From: a candidate division FCPU426 bacterium
Lineage (GTDB): Bacteria > Oederibacteriota > PGYV01 > Palsa-1178
NCBI GenBank assembly: GCA_963840035.1
Contig: CAWIXE010000001.1
Coordinates: forward strand, 256,001 to 320,000
Length of the DNA stretch: 64,000 nt
Direction of reading: 5' to 3'
In this document: piece by piece, positions 49,712 to 58,130 of the stretch
Position numbering within the stretch: the stretch's first letter is position 1
Layout of the letters: every line of letters begins with the position of its first letter
The notes under the pieces: generated by a model
Seen by the model: only the letters and a program-made list of their open reading frames with translations
Database searches by the model: none
Told to the model about the DNA's origin: nothing
Program-made: the position numbers and the translations under genes

Positions 49712-50280
49712 TGCCCAGGATTCTCCTGAACGTTTGCTGCGCGCCTGACGCCACCCATACAATAAACGCTTTAAGGGCCGCCGGCTTCGAACCCGTTACT
49801 TTTTTCTACAACCCCAACATCCACCCCCGCGACGAGTATTTTAAGCGCGTGGAGGACATGAAAAAACTGGCAAAAGAAACAAATACGGAAAACATCGAAG
49901 ACGTACCTTATGATATAGAGGAATGGTTTAAACTGTGCAGGCCTTTTGCAAAAGAGCCTGAGCGCGGCAAACGGTGCGAATTGTGCTTCCGCATGAGAAT
50001 GGACAAAACCGCTCAGAAAGCAAAGGAACTCGGGATTGAAATATTCGCCACCACCCTCACCATATCCCCGCACAAGGACACCGCCCTGATCAACCGCCTG
50101 GGCAGCGAAGCAGCCGCAAAGTACGGCGTCAAATACTATGAGTCCAATTTCAAGAAACAGGACGGCTTTAAAAAATCACTGGTCTTAAGCAAACAGCATG
50201 GCCTGTACCGCCAGGATTACTGCGGCTGTTCGTACTCATTATTGGACAGGTTAAAACACAAGCGCGGTAATTGTTGTTAA
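49708..50280 (+). CDS. queH: Epoxyqueuosine reductase QueH
   Basis: CCAPD, FYNPNIHP, PERGKRC..CF, TTLTISPHK, YRQDYCGC.YS. Confidence 0.93.
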   Translation: MMPRILLNVCCAPDATHTINALRAAGFEPVTFFYNPNIHPRDEYFKRVEDMKKLAKETNTENIEDVPYDIEEWFKLCRPFAKEPERGKRCELCFRMRMDKTAQKAKELGIEIFATTLTISPHKDTALINRLGSEAAAKYGVKYYESNFKKQDGFKKSLVLSKQHGLYRQDYCGCSYSLLDRLKHKRGNCC

Positions 50281-50417
50281 AAGTTTGGGTAGAAATCCGC
50301 CATCCCGGCCTTATTAATAATCCTTAAACCCGACCCAAAGTCAGTTTTTGAGCCTTAATCATTTGCTTTTCATCCCTTTCTTTTATATAATTACTTATCA
50401 ATAAGGGGAGGTTTTAA

Positions 50418-51122
50418 ATGAAAAAAAATCTTGTCGTTTTATTTTTGGTTGTCCTCGTTTTAGCCTTATCAGCATGCCAGTCCAAAAACCCGTCTGACCC
50501 GGCACCGGAGGTTCCTGTTTCCCTCGAGCAGGGCGCAGCACTTGATGATTTCAATGACGGGGATTTAAACGCGGCTTTTTCCGGGGTAACAGGCACTTGG
50601 TCGGGAGGAAATGACTCGGCTTTCCCGGGCGGGACTTCCACAATACAGCCTTTGGGCTCTTCCACCGGTATGCTGGGTGTGACATTTACCGCTAGTGCTT
50701 CGCTTCTTGTTTCAGCAGGAGAGTATACCGCTGCTTCAGTTTCGACTTACTATTACGGATATGTCACGGTTGAACTCCAGTTAAGCAAAGCCGTGGACAT
50801 TGTCGCCAACAATAATTCCATTTCATACTGGATTAAGTGCGTAAATGCGGCAAACACATACTACAAAATATACATCTACAACAGCAGCGGTAATTTCTGC
50901 AAATCCACTTCATGGTACGGGATAACCACATCGGGATATCTTACGGTTATGTCCCTTCCGGCATACTTTGATGTCCCTTCAGGAGCCGTGTACACTGAAG
51001 AATCAGTCTTCTCAGCAGTTAAAAAAATTGTTTTTGTCTTCAAATACTCAAGCACGACACAATACAGCACAGAGACGTCGGAGATATACCTGGACGACCT
51101 GACGTTCCAGAGTGTTATCTGA
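50418..51122 (+). CDS. Hypothetical lipoprotein, possibly a carbohydrate-binding beta-sandwich
   Basis: Lipobox LSAC; LDDFND...IYLDDLTF. Confidence 0.7.
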   Translation: MKKNLVVLFLVVLVLALSACQSKNPSDPAPEVPVSLEQGAALDDFNDGDLNAAFSGVTGTWSGGNDSAFPGGTSTIQPLGSSTGMLGVTFTASASLLVSAGEYTAASVSTYYYGYVTVELQLSKAVDIVANNNSISYWIKCVNAANTYYKIYIYNSSGNFCKSTSWYGITTSGYLTVMSLPAYFDVPSGAVYTEESVFSAVKKIVFVFKYSSTTQYSTETSEIYLDDLTFQSVI

Positions 51123-51131
51123 ACCGTTTTT

Positions 51132-51175
51132 AATGCAAAACCCGGAAAGGCATAAGCCTTTCCGGGTTTTGCATT
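51132..51175. terminator. Bidirectional terminator-like hairpin
   Basis: 20-bp perfect inverted repeat between convergent genes. Confidence 0.8.
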
Positions 51176-51226
51176 TCATGCCATAAACGAAAGGCCGCGC
51201 GCCTTAAAAATGTGATAAGAAATTAT

Positions 51227-52969
51227 TTACGCCGGCAGCGTAAACTTGAAAGTACTTCCTTTGCCCATGCCCTCGGACTCCACCCATATCCTGCCGCCGT
51301 GGGATTCTACTATTTTTCTGCATATGGCAAGACCCATGCCCGTGCCTTCATATTCTTCCCTTGAGTTTAAGCGCTGGAATATCTGGAATATCTTTTCCTT
51401 ATACTGCATCTCCATGCCTATGCCGTTGTCCCGGCACATAAATGTATATTGCTCCCCGGATTTTTCAGCGCTTATGATAACAACCGGCGGCCTTCCGTCG
51501 GTAAATTTCAGGGCGTTGCCTATGAGGTTCTGAAAAAGCTGCTCAATATGTGTTTTCTCCGCCTTTATCACGGGCAGTTTTCCCTCCACGGTTACCGAGG
51601 CGTGCCTGTCCTGAATCTTGAATTTCATCATGCTGATGACATTATTTACCTCTTCCCCGGTATCCACGTCGTTTATGTCTTTTTGCGCCTTTCTAACCCT
51701 TGAGTACTCTAAAAGCCCCTCTATGAGCCCGGACATCCTGATGGCCCCGTCAGAGGCGAAGTTTATGTAGTCATTCCCGTCAGCGCCAAGCTTGTCCATG
51801 AATTTTTTCCGTATCAGCTGCACGTAGCTTGTGACCATGCGCAGCGGTTCCTTGAGGTCATGGGAAGCCACATAGGCAAAATCCTCAAGCTCCTCATTTG
51901 ACCTTTTTAATTCCCTTACAGTGTCTACTAAGTCCAGGTCCGCCTTCCTCTTTCCTGTTATGTCCCTGACGGAAAATATCCTGCCCGAAGCGTTCTGGTC
52001 CTTTATTACCTGCCTGCTTGATATGAGGACTGTTTTTCTTTTTCCCAGGAAATCAATGAATGTGGTCTCGACATTGGTGGCTTCGGTCCCGGAAGCGGCT
52101 ACTCCCGCGTTTTTTATCTGGTTTTCAATGAACCCCGCGATGCTTTCACTTACCTGGCCTTCATGAAACCCGAATATTTCCATGGCCGCGCGGTTCGCGG
52201 AAGTCAGCGCCCCGTAATTGTCAAGGAGCATAACCCCCTCGTCTATGAGTTCCATTATCCTGTCCGCGTTCCTTGTGGAGGAAAGGTTGAATGTCTCATA
52301 CTTTTCCGCGCTGTATATGAAACCTCCGACAAATATCAGGAACACCACGTTAACATCCACCGGATTATATACCCCGATATAATTCATGATTACGCTGCCT
52401 ACCGTGCCTATGGTAAAAACAGCCCCCGCGCTTATTATCATTACTTCCGCTACGTGTTTCTCGCTTTTCACCCTGGTTGTATTTCTGTGCCTAACAAGCA
52501 GAAACGTGCCCCAAAAAAACAGAATTATATAGTAAGCAAAATAAGCATAAGCCCAGAAGCCGTTTTTCCATGTTCCGCCTATGCCATACCCCATGTTTTT
52601 GCAGCAAACGAGCACCTCTCCGCTGTAATTCTGAAACACAAAAATTAAAGGCAGCAGCACCAGCCCAAGATGCAGAAACGGGTTTGAAAGCATTTTTTTA
52701 TTGTTTGTCATGAAAAGCATGAAAAGAAAGTAATACGCGATGAAGCTTGCCCAGCCCACGCTCTGGACCTTCATTACAACTGCGGCAGTCGCCATGTCCA
52801 CTAAGCTGTTGTCAAGTATGGTGCTGCAGGCGCTCCACAGCGCGAAATAAAAGAACAGCACGGAAAGCACCCAGTTAATGATGGCAAACGGATTTTTAGT
52901 GATTACATAGAATATGGCAAATGTATAAACGCAGAAACTCAGGAAGTGAACCAGTGTCCAAAAATTCAA
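51227..52969 (-). CDS. Sensor histidine kinase with N-terminal 7TM region and PAS domain
   Basis: ~7 hydrophobic segments; FAYVASHDLKEPLR; NLIGNALKF; DNGIG; GTGMGLAIC. Confidence 0.93.
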   Translation of the reverse strand: MNFWTLVHFLSFCVYTFAIFYVITKNPFAIINWVLSVLFFYFALWSACSTILDNSLVDMATAAVVMKVQSVGWASFIAYYFLFMLFMTNNKKMLSNPFLHLGLVLLPLIFVFQNYSGEVLVCCKNMGYGIGGTWKNGFWAYAYFAYYIILFFWGTFLLVRHRNTTRVKSEKHVAEVMIISAGAVFTIGTVGSVIMNYIGVYNPVDVNVVFLIFVGGFIYSAEKYETFNLSSTRNADRIMELIDEGVMLLDNYGALTSANRAAMEIFGFHEGQVSESIAGFIENQIKNAGVAASGTEATNVETTFIDFLGKRKTVLISSRQVIKDQNASGRIFSVRDITGKRKADLDLVDTVRELKRSNEELEDFAYVASHDLKEPLRMVTSYVQLIRKKFMDKLGADGNDYINFASDGAIRMSGLIEGLLEYSRVRKAQKDINDVDTGEEVNNVISMMKFKIQDRHASVTVEGKLPVIKAEKTHIEQLFQNLIGNALKFTDGRPPVVIISAEKSGEQYTFMCRDNGIGMEMQYKEKIFQIFQRLNSREEYEGTGMGLAICRKIVESHGGRIWVESEGMGKGSTFKFTLPA

Positions 52970-53051
52970 TTTGTCCCCGCCCTTTTTTAATGTTTATGAA
53001 ACTTCATTTAATGCCATATGTATTATATCATAAACATTAAAGAAAATTGAT

Positions 53052-56000
53052 TTATTTGGATCTATTAGGATTTTTAGCCCTCTTTGGGATATGTGATTTG
53101 GGATTTGTGGCTGCCTTCCGCCCCTCCACCCAGTCATATACCACGGGTATGACAATAAGGGTAAGGAATGTCGAAGTAATAAGCCCGCCTATTACGGCGA
53201 TAGGCATTGTCTTTGCCATGATGACCGATTCGCCGAAACCTAAAGCCAGCGGCATCATTCCGAATATCATGGAAAAAGTGGTCATTAATATTGGCCGGAG
53301 GCGTATGGGGCCGGCGTGGGTGAGGGCGTCCCTCGCGCTCATTCCTTCCGCCTTTTTCTGGTTCGTAAAATCAATCAGCAGGATGCCGTTCTTTGCCACA
53401 AGCCCGAGCACCATCAGGATGCCTATCATTGCCATGATATCAAGCTGCTGTCCGGTTATAAGCAGGGCCAAAAACGCGCCGATGATGGCCAGCGGCACAG
53501 ATATCATTAATATAAGCGGCTGTATGAGTGAGTTATAAAGCGACGCAAGTATCATGTACATGAAAAGAAGCGCCAGCAGCATTGCCGTGCCCATCTGCAC
53601 GATGGTCTCCTTTAACTGCGTGGCCTGCCCTCCGAAAGAATACTCGTAGCCGTACGGTATTATTACCTGCTGTTTTATCCTTGTTTCCACGGCCTTAACC
53701 ACGTCGCCTATGGCAAAACCCTCCTTTAAGCTTCCCGTTACCTTCACTATCTTCTTCTTGTTCTCCCTTTTTATCTCGACCGGACCGGAGCCGTACTCGA
53801 AATGGGCCACTGCGGAGAGCGGCACTTTCTGGCCTGAAGGCGCGGTAAGCATTATGTCCCTTACCGAGCCGATGGACTGCTTTTCACTGCGCGGCAGTTC
53901 CATTATTACCGGGTATTCCTTCTCGCCCTTTTTAAACTTCGATATTTCCCTTCCGTTTATCATGATGTTTAATACCGCGCCGATATCGTAAGTGGAAAGC
54001 CCCATTCTGGCGGCTTTGATCCTGTCTGTGACTATTGTAATCTCCGGCTTGCCAGGCCTGTACGATGTATTCGTAGTTGCCACGCCAGGAGTTTCATCTG
54101 CCGCCTTTTTTATCTTCCTTGCCAGGTCCTCTATTACTTTTATATCCTCTCCCGTTATATTGATGGTAATAGGATAACTGTCTCCGCCTCCGGAGAGCAC
54201 CTGCCCCGCGCCGGAATCCTGCATGATGAGCAGCACATCGTTGCCCAGCACCTGCTCGATTTTTTTATACTCCTGCAGCGCGGCAGGCGTTGACTTCCTG
54301 CCGCCTTTTTTTATCTTCGCGTAAATTGAACCTATGTTTTTCTCGGATGTGCCGCGCGAACCCTCGCCGCCAGCCACAACGTAATATTTTTCTATGTCAG
54401 GCACTGTCTTTAAGTACGCCTCAACCTTTTTAAGTTTTGCGTCCACCACGTCTATGGTCGCGTCAGGCCTGCATTCCACAGAATATTCTATGTCGCCGTA
54501 GTCAGAATCCGGCATGAAGGCAAACCCCAAAAACATTACGGCGAAAAATGACGCCAGCAGAAGTCCCAGGGTCCCGAATACAACTGTTTTTTTATGGTCA
54601 AGGCTCCAGTCAAGCAGGCCCACATATACTTCCTTAATGCTTTCATAGAACTTTTCCCAGTTCGTGTGTACATCATGGAAGAACCCTGTTTTCTTCTTTT
54701 CAGTATCTTCCTTTTTCCACCAGTAGGCGGAAAGCATGGGCGCCGTGGTAAATGCGTCAAGCAGCGATATCATAAGCGCGAAAGCTATAGTAAGTCCGAA
54801 TTGCTTGAAAAACTGGCCGACAATACCGTTTAAAAACGATATGGGGATGAAGACTGCCATGATGGACGCGGTCGTGGCAATGACCGCCAGCGCCACCTCG
54901 TTTGTCCCTTTTACAGCGGCTTCTTTCGGGCTCATGCCTTTTTCTATGTATCTGAAAATATTTTCGCGCACGACTATGGAATCGTCTATTAAAAGCCCTA
55001 TGGAAAGGGACAGGGCGAGCAGCACCATCATGTTAATTGTAAAGCCCGCGTTATGAATGAAAAAGAACGCGCCTAAAAGCGAATTTGGCAGCGCAATCGC
55101 CGTTATCATGGTGGAGCGGAATGACCCTAAAAAGAGCCAGACTATTACGATGGCGCATAGCGCGCCGAGTATAATATCCGTCTGCAGCCCCTCTATGGAT
55201 TTTTCCACGTGAATGGTCGGGTCCCTGAATATCTCGAATTTTACCCCCTGAGGCAGCTTCTCGCTTAATTTTTTAACCTTTTGTTTTACTGTCCTGGCGA
55301 TTTCAACGCTGTTCTCGCCGGACTGTTTGTAAACGCCGAATATGATTGCGTTCTCGCCGTTTATGCGGGCGCGCCTTTTTTCATCGTCAAGGCCGAAGCT
55401 CACTTTTGCGATATCCTTTACCCTGACAGTGCCCCCGGCGTATGTCTTAATCACCGTGTTTTCAATCTCGGATGTGCTGGCGTACCTTCCCTTTACCCTG
55501 ACGTCTATGGAGCGCTCTTTTTTTTCAATGGCGCCGGCGGGTATGTTCATGTTTTCCTTTTTTATCGCCTCTATGACCTGGCTGAAGGATACAAGCCTGG
55601 CAGAGAGCGCGGCCTTATCCACTGTTATTTTCACGGCCCTGCTGCGGCCGCCCCATATATCGACCCTTCCGACTCCTTTTACTTTTTCTATCTCGGGTTT
55701 TAAAGAATCATCTATTATCTCGGTCAAAGTGGCCATGTCTTTCTGGCCCCTGACCGACATGGCCACTACAGGTATCCACTCAGCCGCGGAAAAGCGCTGG
55801 ATGGAAGGGTCTTCCGCGTCTTCAGGGAGTTTCCACTTTGCCTTGTTTACCGCGTCGCGTACCTTTGTCTCGGCGTACTTTACATCAGCGCCGAGGCTGA
55901 AACGCGCGGTTATTATGGATACTGACTCGGCAGATGTTGAAGACAGGGTGTCTAGCCCCTCCACGACTGCGAGCGCGTCTTCCATGGGTTTTGTCACAAG

Positions 56001-56183
56001 GTTTTCTATTTCTTCGGCTGAAGCGCCGGCATAGACGGTAGTTACGGAAATTGTGGGGTATTCAATGTCAGGAAGCATGTCCACTCCCATCGAGTTGTAT
56101 CCTATGAAGCCGAGGGTAAGTATGGATACGACTATCATGATGACAAATATGGGGCGCTTTATTGCTAACTCTGCTATATTCAT
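53052..56183 (-). CDS. RND efflux permease (AcrB family)
   Basis: GLLIDDSIVVREN, KNGILL, RLRPILMTT. Confidence 0.96.
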   Translation of the reverse strand: MNIAELAIKRPIFVIMIVVSILTLGFIGYNSMGVDMLPDIEYPTISVTTVYAGASAEEIENLVTKPMEDALAVVEGLDTLSSTSAESVSIITARFSLGADVKYAETKVRDAVNKAKWKLPEDAEDPSIQRFSAAEWIPVVAMSVRGQKDMATLTEIIDDSLKPEIEKVKGVGRVDIWGGRSRAVKITVDKAALSARLVSFSQVIEAIKKENMNIPAGAIEKKERSIDVRVKGRYASTSEIENTVIKTYAGGTVRVKDIAKVSFGLDDEKRRARINGENAIIFGVYKQSGENSVEIARTVKQKVKKLSEKLPQGVKFEIFRDPTIHVEKSIEGLQTDIILGALCAIVIVWLFLGSFRSTMITAIALPNSLLGAFFFIHNAGFTINMMVLLALSLSIGLLIDDSIVVRENIFRYIEKGMSPKEAAVKGTNEVALAVIATTASIMAVFIPISFLNGIVGQFFKQFGLTIAFALMISLLDAFTTAPMLSAYWWKKEDTEKKKTGFFHDVHTNWEKFYESIKEVYVGLLDWSLDHKKTVVFGTLGLLLASFFAVMFLGFAFMPDSDYGDIEYSVECRPDATIDVVDAKLKKVEAYLKTVPDIEKYYVVAGGEGSRGTSEKNIGSIYAKIKKGGRKSTPAALQEYKKIEQVLGNDVLLIMQDSGAGQVLSGGGDSYPITINITGEDIKVIEDLARKIKKAADETPGVATTNTSYRPGKPEITIVTDRIKAARMGLSTYDIGAVLNIMINGREISKFKKGEKEYPVIMELPRSEKQSIGSVRDIMLTAPSGQKVPLSAVAHFEYGSGPVEIKRENKKKIVKVTGSLKEGFAIGDVVKAVETRIKQQVIIPYGYEYSFGGQATQLKETIVQMGTAMLLALLFMYMILASLYNSLIQPLILMISVPLAIIGAFLALLITGQQLDIMAMIGILMVLGLVAKNGILLIDFTNQKKAEGMSARDALTHAGPIRLRPILMTTFSMIFGMMPLALGFGESVIMAKTMPIAVIGGLITSTFLTLIVIPVVYDWVEGRKAATNPKSHIPKRAKNPNRSK

Positions 56184-56294
56184 GAAACTCTCCTTGGTTT
56201 AATCACATGTCCCAAATCACAAATAAGACATGATAAATCACAAAACTCAAATCACTATCCGCCTTTCTTTGGGATTGTGATTTGGGAGATGTGA

Positions 56295-57191
56295 TTATCT
56301 TACTTCGATCTTTGTCCCGTCACTCAGTTTAAAATTCCCTTCCGTTATAACCTGCGCGCCTTCTGTTACCCCGCTTTTTGCCTCTATCTCGGCGCCGGAC
56401 ATGAAACCGGTCTCTATATCAGCCCTTTTTGCCTTGCCTGCTTCATTTATATATACATATGTTTTCCCGTCGCCCATCAAAACCGCGCTTTCCGGCAGCA
56501 TGACAGCTTTTCTTTTGCCTATAAGAACCCGGACATCCACGGACATACCGGGCTTTATCAGCATGCCTGCGTTTTTTCCTTTTACTATTATGGTGCCTGA
56601 CATGGTGTCTGAATCAATAAAAGGCGTGGATGAATATACCGTGGCCTTTATGGCCTTATCCGCGTCATAGACTGATTTTATCTCCGCTTCCATGCCATTT
56701 TTGACCTTTACCATTTCTTCCTCGCCCACGCTTAACACTACTTTTATGTTTTCCGGGTCAGCCACTTCCGCTATGGGGTAGTCTGAGGAAACCGATGCCC
56801 CCCTGTCGGAAAAATATATTTTTGTGACGATTCCGTTTATCGGTGATTTTACCGGCGCGAGCTGGTAATCCATGCCGCCGACCATGTCGCGGTTTATGTA
56901 AATTATTGCCTGATCCTTTCTCACGCGGTCGCCTTCGGTTACAAGGGCGCGCTCAAACTTGCCCTTGACTATCGGGTAAACCTTTACCTGAGGGTCGCCC
57001 TGGGCCACTCCCTGTATGGCCACATCTTCAATGATTTCCTTGGCCTGAGCCGCGACAAAAGAAACTTTTACGGACTGTTCCGCCTCTTTTTTATTAACCC
57101 TGATGAGTTTTATAGCTATCTGAACGACAATTATAAGCACCAGCGCCGCTACGGTTATCAGCGCCCATTTCTGAACTTTTTTTCTGTCCAT
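56295..57191 (-). CDS. RND periplasmic adaptor (MFP), short form
   Basis: TM anchor, lipoyl halves EGDRVRK / VKSPINGIV, KPGMSV; start at ATG 57191 after AGGAG. Confidence 0.88.
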   Translation of the reverse strand: MDRKKVQKWALITVAALVLIIVVQIAIKLIRVNKKEAEQSVKVSFVAAQAKEIIEDVAIQGVAQGDPQVKVYPIVKGKFERALVTEGDRVRKDQAIIYINRDMVGGMDYQLAPVKSPINGIVTKIYFSDRGASVSSDYPIAEVADPENIKVVLSVGEEEMVKVKNGMEAEIKSVYDADKAIKATVYSSTPFIDSDTMSGTIIVKGKNAGMLIKPGMSVDVRVLIGKRKAVMLPESAVLMGDGKTYVYINEAGKAKRADIETGFMSGAEIEAKSGVTEGAQVITEGNFKLSDGTKIEVR

Positions 57192-57286
57192 GTTATCTCC
57201 TTTAAATACAGTCTCAATAATCTCAAAACAACTCTTAAGAAAACCATTCATTCGTTGCCGCTTAAATGCGCCTGTTCTTTTGCCTT

Positions 57287-57377
57287 CGTAGGTGCGAGCC
57301 GGTGGCTCGCCCGAAACACAGGCAGTCTAAACCGATTTTAAGACAAAAGCCGGGCGAGTCAGCGCCTCGCCCCTACG
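57287..57377. repeat. GTAG-type REP doublet
   Basis: cgtaggtgcgagcc..ggctcgccc ... gggcgag....ctcgcccctacg. Confidence 0.65.
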
Positions 57378-57414
57378 AAAACCAAATCAATAATACCAGC
57401 TGCCCAATAAATAC

Positions 57415-57867
57415 TTATTTCTCAAACCGCTTCGTCAATATCTCCTTAGTCCTTTTCACAAAAACATTCACTATCTTTCTTTCCACATGGTTGAGCTTTG
57501 AGAGGTATTTATCTATGTACTCAATCCCGATGTTCCTGTTAAAATCCACCAGTTCTTTGCCCTTTTTCGTTATGGTCATGATGACTTTCCTTCTGTCCTT
57601 ATCCGAGTGCTTCCTCGCGGCGTAGCCCATGGCCACAAGCTTTGACATGATGTCTGTCATGGTGGGCATCTGCACTCGTGCCAGCGCGGCAAGCTCGCCC
57701 ATGGTTAACCCTTCGCTGTCGTAAAGGAAGTAAAGGGCGGTTATCTGCGCGAAGTTAAGCTTTTCCATGCCGCCCTGAAAGATTTCTATGTTTTTATTGG
57801 ACCGCACGGCGCGCACTATGTCCACGATGTGGTTAAAAAGCTCTGCCGCGTCCTGTTTTTCCTTCAT
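57415..57867 (-). CDS. MarR-family transcriptional regulator
   Basis: LTMGELA...KLV..GY..R...DRRKV...T.KG. Confidence 0.92.
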   Translation of the reverse strand: MKEKQDAAELFNHIVDIVRAVRSNKNIEIFQGGMEKLNFAQITALYFLYDSEGLTMGELAALARVQMPTMTDIMSKLVAMGYAARKHSDKDRRKVIMTITKKGKELVDFNRNIGIEYIDKYLSKLNHVERKIVNVFVKRTKEILTKRFEK

Positions 57868-57947
57868 TAACTGCTCCCTCGTCCGCCGAAGCCGGTTCTA
57901 TCGGCGAAGGCGGATCCTTAGTAAAACATAATATTTAGGTAAGGCTA

Positions 57948-57976
57948 AGTATATATTATTTAAACCTTAAAGTCAA
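57948..57976 (-). promoter_or_regulatory. Sigma-70-type promoter of the marR-MFP-RND operon
   Basis: TTGACT-17 bp-TATACT; an imperfect inverted repeat (ataatat...atattat, 57928-57959) overlaps it. Confidence 0.65.
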
Positions 57977-58080
57977 TTAGCAATTGTCAATTCCATACCA
58001 CAAATGTTTACAACCACGTAGGGGACGCATATATGCGTCCCCTGCAATACAAACCCGTGCTATTTCAGGACCGTCATACG

Positions 58081-58118
58081 AAACAAAAAAGGCGCGGTTT
58101 CCCGCGCCTTTTTTGTTT
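58081..58118 (-). terminator. Intrinsic terminator
   Basis: aaacaaaaaaggcgcgg-tttc-ccgcgccttttttgttt. Confidence 0.85.
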
Positions 58119-58130
58119 ACCACAGTTATC

